In this document: positions 58,323 through 64,000 of the stretch, piece by piece | Numbering within the stretch: the first letter of the stretch is position 1 | Layout: the number at the start of each line of letters is the position of its first letter | Origin: Candidatus Doudnabacteria bacterium | GTDB lineage: Bacteria > Patescibacteriota > Doudnabacteria > UBA920 > 2-01-FULL-46-14 | Direction: 5' to 3' | Length of the DNA: 64,000 nucleotides | NCBI GenBank assembly: GCA_041497195.1 | Contig: JBGQGB010000002.1 | Location: forward strand, 108,140 to 172,139 | Translations under genes and position numbers: made by a program | Notes under the pieces: model-generated | Database searches by the model: none | Told to the model about the DNA's origin: nothing | Seen by the model: only the letters and a program-made list of their open reading frames with translations

Positions 58323-58649
58323 ATGGCGAAACAATACAAAATAGTAGTTTTTGTGCCTACAGCTCACGCTGACGCAATTCGCGAGGTTTTGGGCAAAGCC
58401 GGAGCCGGGAGCTCGGGCAATTACGAGTTCGCATCCTTTTCTGCGACAGGCCTGGGGAGGTTTCGCCCGCTCAAGGGCGCCAAACCAGTCATTGGAGAAG
58501 TCGGCAAGCTCGAAGCAGTGGAAGAAGAACGGATCGAGACAGTAGTTCGCGTAGAAGACCTCGCTGACGTAGTGTACAAAGTTCGGCAAGCGCATCCTTA
58601 TGAAGAGCCGGTTATAGATGTATATGAACTCACAAATAGCGATGATTAG
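58323..58649 (+). CDS. Stand-alone YqfO/NIF3 PII-like domain protein
   Basis: YKIVVFVP, AGAG..GNY, GRFRP, AHPYEEP. Confidence 0.85.
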   Translation: MAKQYKIVVFVPTAHADAIREVLGKAGAGSSGNYEFASFSATGLGRFRPLKGAKPVIGEVGKLEAVEEERIETVVRVEDLADVVYKVRQAHPYEEPVIDVYELTNSDD

Positions 58650-59010
58650 CGAGAAATTTTCTGGAACAGCTCAAAAGCATTTAGGACGAGGGACAAAACT
58701 TGGTTTTCCGACTGCTAATATGGACGTTCCTTCTCAAGCCCAGGAGGGGACCTTTTTAGGTTGGACTACTCTGGGAGGCAAAAAATGGCCTTCCCTAATT
58801 TTTATCGGGGCTCCTGAAACCTTTGGGGAAACGGACAAGCGAGCGGAAACTTATATTCTGGACTTCCGTGGCAGTTTGTACGGCAAGAGTATAGAGATAG
58901 AATTGATAGAGAAGTTGCGAGATAATAAAAAATTTGGTTCAGAGGCCGAGCTGGTGGAACAGATGAAAGCTGACGAACAGAAAGCTCGCATTTTTTTTGC
59001 AAGAAAGTAA
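58642..59010 (+). CDS. Monofunctional riboflavin kinase
   Basis: GRGTKLGFPTAN, ETYILDF..LYG, LRDNKKF; no FAD-synthetase domain. Confidence 0.9.
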   Translation: MISEKFSGTAQKHLGRGTKLGFPTANMDVPSQAQEGTFLGWTTLGGKKWPSLIFIGAPETFGETDKRAETYILDFRGSLYGKSIEIELIEKLRDNKKFGSEAELVEQMKADEQKARIFFARK

Positions 59011-59027
59011 ATTGGTTGCTATATTTA

Positions 59028-59174
59028 GCTCAGCTTTCAGGGCGGGGCGCAAGTCCCCACCGGTGGTAAACCTCAAGCCAAGTCGAGAGGTAGTCCACGA
59101 GCCCCGAGCGTAGTCGAGGGGCACGATGCCGTTTGATTCGGCAACCGACGGTCATAGTCCGGATGAAAGAGAGC
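59028..59174 (+). ncRNA. FMN riboswitch (RFN element)
   Basis: TTCAGGGCGGGGCGCAAGTCCCCACCGGTGGT..AGTCCACGAGC..GATGCCGTTTGATTCGGCAACCGACGGTCATAGTCCGGATGAAAGA matches the RFN consensus. Confidence 0.92.
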
Positions 59175-59188
59175 TTGATTTTGAGTGT

Positions 59189-59215
59189 GCCCTGATAAGC
59201 AGGGTTTTTATTTTT
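59189..59215 (+). terminator. Riboswitch-controlled terminator
   Basis: GCCCTG-ATAAG-CAGGGT-TTTTATTTTT; 5' arm GCCCTGA is complementary to TCAGGGC (59037-59043), a candidate antiterminator. Confidence 0.75.
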
Positions 59216-59227
59216 AAGCCAAAATTT

Positions 59228-60163
59228 ATGAATCGGTACAAAACAGGTCCGTGGCTGGTAGTCGTAGCTGCCTTGATGTGGGCGCTTGACGCGCCTTTTC
59301 GTAAATACCTGACTCTTGATTTGTCTTCAACCACGATCGTTCTGATGGAGCACCTGACCATCGCGGTTTTGGTATTTGTGTTTTTGTTCAGATATTTGTC
59401 AGAATTTCGCAAACTCGGCTGGCGCGAGTGGTTGGCCGTCGTCTTTATCGGTTTTGGTGGGTCAGCTCTGGCTACAGTTCTTTTCACGCAAAGCTTCCAT
59501 TATGTCAATCCGTCCGTGTCCATACTGCTACAAAAAGTCCAGCCAATTATTACGATACTTCTGGCAGCAGCTCTACTGAAAGAAAAGTTGACCAAAAATT
59601 TTTGGAGCTGGGCGATTGTGGGTATTTTTGGAGCTTATCTTATAACTTTCCCGGAACTTCGTATTTCGGGTCTCGAGTTTGGCGGAGGCACTTTGGGAGT
59701 CGTCTTCGCGCTTCTAGCTGCCTTTCTGTGGGGTGGCTCGACAGTATTTGGCCGGTTTGTGCTGCGCAAATTAAGCTTTCAGGCAATGACCGCAGCGCGG
59801 TTCCTGAGCGCGCTGGTTTTTCTTTTTGTTTTGGAAATTTATTACGGCCGTTTGGGCGAGTTGCGGACAGCCACTCCCAAAGACTGGTTGTATGTCCTCA
59901 TCATCGCCATACTGGCGGGTTTTGTTTCCTTGTTCATTTACTATCGCGGCTTGCAGTTTACCAAAGCTAGTATTGCGACCATTGGCGAGCTGGCCTTTCC
60001 TTTTGCAGCCGTCATTGTGAATTGGATCTTTTTGGGTGCGACTTTGACCTTAGCACAAATTTTGGGCGGGTTAATTCTGCTGTTTTCGATGGTGAAGCTG
60101 TCGTTGGAGAACGCAAAAGAGGGTGATATACTGGAACAGCAGAATGTTCACCAAAACGTTTAA
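59228..60163 (+). CDS. EamA/DMT transporter, probable riboflavin transporter (ImpX-like)
   Basis: Two EamA repeats, about 10 TM segments, LLQKVQP, LWGGSTVFGR; directly under an FMN riboswitch. Confidence 0.8.
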   Translation: MNRYKTGPWLVVVAALMWALDAPFRKYLTLDLSSTTIVLMEHLTIAVLVFVFLFRYLSEFRKLGWREWLAVVFIGFGGSALATVLFTQSFHYVNPSVSILLQKVQPIITILLAAALLKEKLTKNFWSWAIVGIFGAYLITFPELRISGLEFGGGTLGVVFALLAAFLWGGSTVFGRFVLRKLSFQAMTAARFLSALVFLFVLEIYYGRLGELRTATPKDWLYVLIIAILAGFVSLFIYYRGLQFTKASIATIGELAFPFAAVIVNWIFLGATLTLAQILGGLILLFSMVKLSLENAKEGDILEQQNVHQNV

Positions 60164-60188
60164 AGAATTGAACAAAAGTAGGGTCAAT

Positions 60189-60536
60189 ATGAAATGGAAG
60201 TTATATTTTTGGGTTTTGTTTGGCACAAGTGCGGTGTTGTTTTTTTCACCAATCCAATTAGATGAGCATACCGGACTCGGCCTCGACAAGCTGGTGCATG
60301 CCGGACTTTTTGCCCTTTTACTCTACCTGGCCTGGCGAGGGTTTTCGAAACAACGTACAGCAGCTTTTATTCTGCTTCTGGCTTACGGAGTTGCGGTGGA
60401 ACTGATCCAGGGCCGGTATATCCCTCATCGGCATTTTGATTTGTTCGATATTTTAGCAGATTGGATTGGCCTCGGTATTCTGGGAGTTTACCTAATGCGT
60501 AAGCAGAAAAAGTTGGAGCATGAGGACCCTCACTAA
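60189..60536 (+). CDS. VanZ family protein
   Basis: DKLVHAGLF, ELIQ..IPHR..FDILAD. Confidence 0.88.
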   Translation: MKWKLYFWVLFGTSAVLFFSPIQLDEHTGLGLDKLVHAGLFALLLYLAWRGFSKQRTAAFILLLAYGVAVELIQGRYIPHRHFDLFDILADWIGLGILGVYLMRKQKKLEHEDPH

Positions 60537-61317
60537 ACAAATTTTGCGAAAGCTCAAGTTGCCAAGGCCAGACTCACACAAAGGCGAAAACGGGCAGCTT
60601 TTGATTATTGCAGGCAGCAGGCACTATCACGGTTCTCTCCTCTTTGCGGTCAGAGCAGCCAGCAGGATCGTAGACAAGATCCATGTTTTGACTAGCGTCG
60701 AAAACAAAGAAGTGGTTCAAAAGCTTCGCGTCAAGACAGCTGCCTTTATCCCAAGTTATGATTTGAAACACGCTCTCTCGCTGGTTGATTGCGTGCTTAT
60801 TGGACCCGGTATGGGGACCGAAAGGCGGACGAAAAAACTTGTTGAATCGGTCCTGAGAAGCGGCAAGCGGGTTGTCTTGGATGCAGACGCGCTCAATGTT
60901 CTAGATGCGAAGCTTCTGAAACTACTCGGCCCTCAGCATATAGTCACCCCTCACCAAGGCGAGTTTCGAAGAGCATTTGGACTAGCGCCAACATGGCAGA
61001 ATGTGAAAAAAGTAGCAGACACGTATCACTGTACTGTCGTACTGAAAGGAAAAATTGACGTGATCAGCAGTCCTCAATTTGGCATGGCTTTCAACAAAAC
61101 CGGCAATCAGGGGATGACCAAAGGCGGGACCGGAGACGTGCTCGCTGGTCTTATTGCTTCCTTTTACTGTAAAAATGGAGCTTATATTTCCGCTGCAGCC
61201 GGGATTTTTGTGAATGGGCTGGCGGGAGACGTCCTGTTTTCCAAAGGCGGGCCTTTCTATAATGCCGAAGATCTTGTGGAACAAATTCCTAAAACTTTGT
61301 GGAAAGCCATAAAATAA
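60520..61317 (+). CDS. nnrD: ADP-dependent NAD(P)H-hydrate dehydratase
   Basis: HKGENG..IAGS, GPGMG, LDADAL, TPHQGEF, GGTGDVLAG. Confidence 0.93.
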   Translation: MRTLTKQILRKLKLPRPDSHKGENGQLLIIAGSRHYHGSLLFAVRAASRIVDKIHVLTSVENKEVVQKLRVKTAAFIPSYDLKHALSLVDCVLIGPGMGTERRTKKLVESVLRSGKRVVLDADALNVLDAKLLKLLGPQHIVTPHQGEFRRAFGLAPTWQNVKKVADTYHCTVVLKGKIDVISSPQFGMAFNKTGNQGMTKGGTGDVLAGLIASFYCKNGAYISAAAGIFVNGLAGDVLFSKGGPFYNAEDLVEQIPKTLWKAIK

Positions 61318-61334
61318 ACTTTCTGCGTTAAACC

Positions 61335-61787
61335 ATGAAAGTTGTTATTGATACCAACATTTTGATAAGCGGGGCTGATGATGAATCGTCTTATGCGCGT
61401 AGGATTATTGAGGAAGTGATTGCCGGGCGCATCCAGGCCTACGCCACTCATCAGACGGAAGGAGAGAATCGCCAGATGCTGCGGAAGTTGGTAAAAGACA
61501 GAGACTACCGCGCTCGTCTCGAGCAATATTTCGGCAAGATAAATATAGTAAAGGCCTATCAGCCCCTGCAGGTTGTTTCTGATGCAGAAGATAATAAGTT
61601 GTTTGAATCAGCAGTCGCAGCCGGGGCAGACTATTTGATTTCTCATGACCAGGAAGTTTTGGCTATCTCAGAGTACAAAAAAACCAAAGTTGTGCAGCCG
61701 GAAGAATTTTGGTTCAGGTACCAGAATGAGAGAGGTGACGACTCAGCTTGGCAGGATTGGAGCAAGATGATTATGAGCAACAACTAG
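61335..61787 (+). CDS. PIN domain protein (putative TA toxin, PIN_3-like)
   Basis: MKVVIDTNILISG, DAEDNKLFESAVAAGADYLISHD. Confidence 0.88.
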   Translation: MKVVIDTNILISGADDESSYARRIIEEVIAGRIQAYATHQTEGENRQMLRKLVKDRDYRARLEQYFGKINIVKAYQPLQVVSDAEDNKLFESAVAAGADYLISHDQEVLAISEYKKTKVVQPEEFWFRYQNERGDDSAWQDWSKMIMSNN

Positions 61788-61815
61788 CTGGTAGCTTGTA
61801 GGTGGTAGGTGGTAG
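61785..61815. repeat. Degenerate heptamer tandem repeat ending in a -10 box
   Basis: tagctgg tagcttg taggtgg taggtgg tag(aat). Confidence 0.55.
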
Positions 61816-61824
61816 AATTGGACT

Positions 61825-64000
61825 ATGAAGACTTTGCAGGCAAAGGGTACTGTCACCAAATCTGAAATTTTGGAGGGACTCAATCCCGAGCAAATCAAGG
61901 CGGTCACCCACGGGGAAGGGCCGCTTTTAATTGTGGCCGGAGCCGGGACTGGCAAAACGACCGTGATTACCAGACGCATCGGATACCTGATTGAGCAGGG
62001 CGTAAAGGCGGAAAATATTTTGGCTCTGGCTTTTGGAGACAGAGCCGCGGCGGAAATGAAAGAGCGGGTTGATCAGCTCCTCCCTTTAGGCTATTATGAT
62101 CTGCAAATTTCCACGTTTCATGCTTTCTGCGATTTAATTCTGCGCGAACAAGGCTTGGAGATTGGCTTGCCCGATTTCAAGCAGCTCGACGAGGTCGGTC
62201 AGTGGCTGCTGGTCAAAAACAATCTGGCTGAGTTTGACCTGGATTATTATCGCCCCTTGGGCAATCCGACCAGGTTCATCAAAGCGCTGATCAGGCATTT
62301 TAGTCGAGCCAAAGACGAGCTCATCACCCCCGCTCAGTACCTCGACTATGTCGAAAAAATTAAGATCAACAAAGACCAGTCAGAGGCCGGGCTTGAGGAT
62401 TTCGAGCTCGAGCACCGGCGTCTCTCCGAAGTAGGCAACGCGTATCATGTCTACCAGAAGCTGCTTTTGCAGAACAATTTTCTCGATTTCGGGGATCTGA
62501 TCAACTACTCTTTACAGCTTTTGCAGAAGCGGCCGAAGATACTAGAACTTTACCGGCAAAAATACAAATATATTTTACTTGATGAATTCCAAGATACCAA
62601 CTACGCCCAATATGAACTGATCAAGCTTTTGGCGGCACCGGTAAACAATTTGACCGTTGTAGGAGATGACGACCAGAGTATCTTCAAATTTAGAGGTGCG
62701 TCCATTTCCAATATTTTGCATTTTCAAAAAGACTATGCTGACGCCAAATTTATTTCCCTGACAAACAATTATCGGACCGGGCAAAAGATTTTGGATGCGG
62801 CTCATGGTTTTATTGAGCAAAACAACCCAGATCGTCTGGAAGTGCGCCTCGGCGTGGATAAAAAATTGAAAAACGCCGCAAATCCACGGGGGGAGCTCGA
62901 GGTTTTGTCTGCTCCTGATTATGTTTCCGAAGCACGCACCGTGGTAGACAAAATAGTCACTTTGAATACTGCGAATACTGAAAGCTCATGGAACAATTTC
63001 GCAATATTGGCCAGATCACACGATTTATTAGATCCGTTTATCTCCGCTCTCGAGGAGAGGGAAATATCGTACATATATTTCGCCAACAAAGGTTTGTATA
63101 AAAAATCCATAATTTTTGACGTTATCGCTTATTTCGAGCTGCTGGACGATTATCACGAGTCTCAAGCGCTGTACCGCGTGGCCAACTTTCCGATTTTTCA
63201 CATCGAGCACAAGGTCATCCTTGAACTCTCGCACTATGCCAAGAAAAAAACCCTTTCACTTTTCGAAGCCTTTCAAAAAGCTGGGGAGGTGGACGGCCTT
63301 AATGCCAAGAGCCTGGAGGGAATCAAGAAGCTTTTGGTTTTTTTGGACAAACACGAAAAAACATCCAAAGATAAAAGTACCGAACAATTGTATATAGAAG
63401 TGATAAACGATCTGGATTTCGCTCGATTGGCCATGAACGATTTTCAAAACGGAAAATACTTGGAGAACTTCCGTTATCGGATCCAGAGGTTTCAGGCGGA
63501 AGTGGCGGACAAGAGTCTGAAAAATTTCATGCGCGATCTGAGCTTTGAGCAGGAGGCGGGAGAGTCAGGGGAACTGGAATTTGATCCTGAGGCCGGCCCG
63601 GAAGCAGTCAAACTCATGACCGTGCACGCGGCCAAGGGCCTGGAATTTGATACGGTTTTTCTGGTCGGGCTGGTCGACAAACGCTTTCCGACTATAGAGC
63701 GCAAAGAGCCAATAGAGATACCAAAACCCCTCATCAAAGACATTCTGCCGGAGGGAGATATTCATCTCGAAGAAGAGCGCAGGCTCTTTTACGTGGCCAT
63801 GACTCGAGCGAAACAGCGGCTGGTTTTGAGTCGGGCCTTTGACTATGGCGGAAAATTGCAGAAAAAACCTTCGCGGTTCTTATTGGAACTCGGCCTCACC
63901 TCAGGGAAGGCGGCGAAACCGACGGGAAAAGTAGTTTTCAAAACTTTGGATAAAGTAAGAAAACAAATTTCGCTGCCCCTGCCGAAAAAATTTTCCTGGA
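61825..64000 (+). CDS. UvrD/PcrA-family ATP-dependent DNA helicase (3'-truncated by window edge)
   Basis: Read directly (absent from track): LNPEQ..VAGAGTGKT, LDEFQD, VGDDDQSIFKFRGA, NYR, MTVHAAKGLEF, EERRLFYVAMTRA. Confidence 0.95.
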   Translation, partial: MKTLQAKGTVTKSEILEGLNPEQIKAVTHGEGPLLIVAGAGTGKTTVITRRIGYLIEQGVKAENILALAFGDRAAAEMKERVDQLLPLGYYDLQISTFHAFCDLILREQGLEIGLPDFKQLDEVGQWLLVKNNLAEFDLDYYRPLGNPTRFIKALIRHFSRAKDELITPAQYLDYVEKIKINKDQSEAGLEDFELEHRRLSEVGNAYHVYQKLLLQNNFLDFGDLINYSLQLLQKRPKILELYRQKYKYILLDEFQDTNYAQYELIKLLAAPVNNLTVVGDDDQSIFKFRGASISNILHFQKDYADAKFISLTNNYRTGQKILDAAHGFIEQNNPDRLEVRLGVDKKLKNAANPRGELEVLSAPDYVSEARTVVDKIVTLNTANTESSWNNFAILARSHDLLDPFISALEEREISYIYFANKGLYKKSIIFDVIAYFELLDDYHESQALYRVANFPIFHIEHKVILELSHYAKKKTLSLFEAFQKAGEVDGLNAKSLEGIKKLLVFLDKHEKTSKDKSTEQLYIEVINDLDFARLAMNDFQNGKYLENFRYRIQRFQAEVADKSLKNFMRDLSFEQEAGESGELEFDPEAGPEAVKLMTVHAAKGLEFDTVFLVGLVDKRFPTIERKEPIEIPKPLIKDILPEGDIHLEEERRLFYVAMTRAKQRLVLSRAFDYGGKLQKKPSRFLLELGLTSGKAAKPTGKVVFKTLDKVRKQISLPLPKKFSW

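Noticed and set aside
59126-59227. N-terminal extension of the EamA transporter
   Set aside because: It runs through the riboswitch aptamer and terminator; ATG 59228 is the plausible start.

Overview
Bacterial chromosomal segment using genetic code 11 (TGA is a stop), almost entirely + strand and mostly core genes. It most likely comes from a Patescibacteria/CPR genome; this is an inference from the short AlaRS without a C-Ala domain, cupin-type PGI, solitary baseplate-J-like protein, DUF4012, RibL-type FAD synthase and the scarcity of Shine-Dalgarno sites. Contents in order: alaS 3' end, SET-domain gene, infA-rpmJ-rpsMKD-rpoA-rplQ-rplM-rpsI, a Doc/Fic toxin-antitoxin pair, envelope-stress and ABC genes, PolX, MgtE-like/Nramp, trxA, a peptidoglycan cluster (DD-carboxypeptidase, mraY, D-aminoacylase-like, murD, ftsW, DUF4012, murJ, degenerate UppP-like), lepA, a complete F0F1 ATP synthase operon, cca, six intact tRNA genes, pyrD-pyrF-pyrE, rmuC, a flavin-salvage cluster with an FMN riboswitch, and the 5' part of a UvrD/PcrA helicase. 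No CRISPR array, integrase, transposase or rRNA was seen. The most unusual signal is non-coding. An intact tRNA-Thr(CGT) lies inside an inverted repeat inserted in the D-arm of a decayed tRNA-Thr-like gene, whose anticodon and T loops also carry palindromic inserts. A duplicated promoter plus tRNA-fMet 5' relic has a palindrome in its D-loop, and related hairpins form the variable arms of the FMN riboswitch. Together these suggest small palindromic elements that insert into RNA stem-loops, with damaged tRNAs replaced by local copies. Protein calls rest on motif recognition; no database searches were run.
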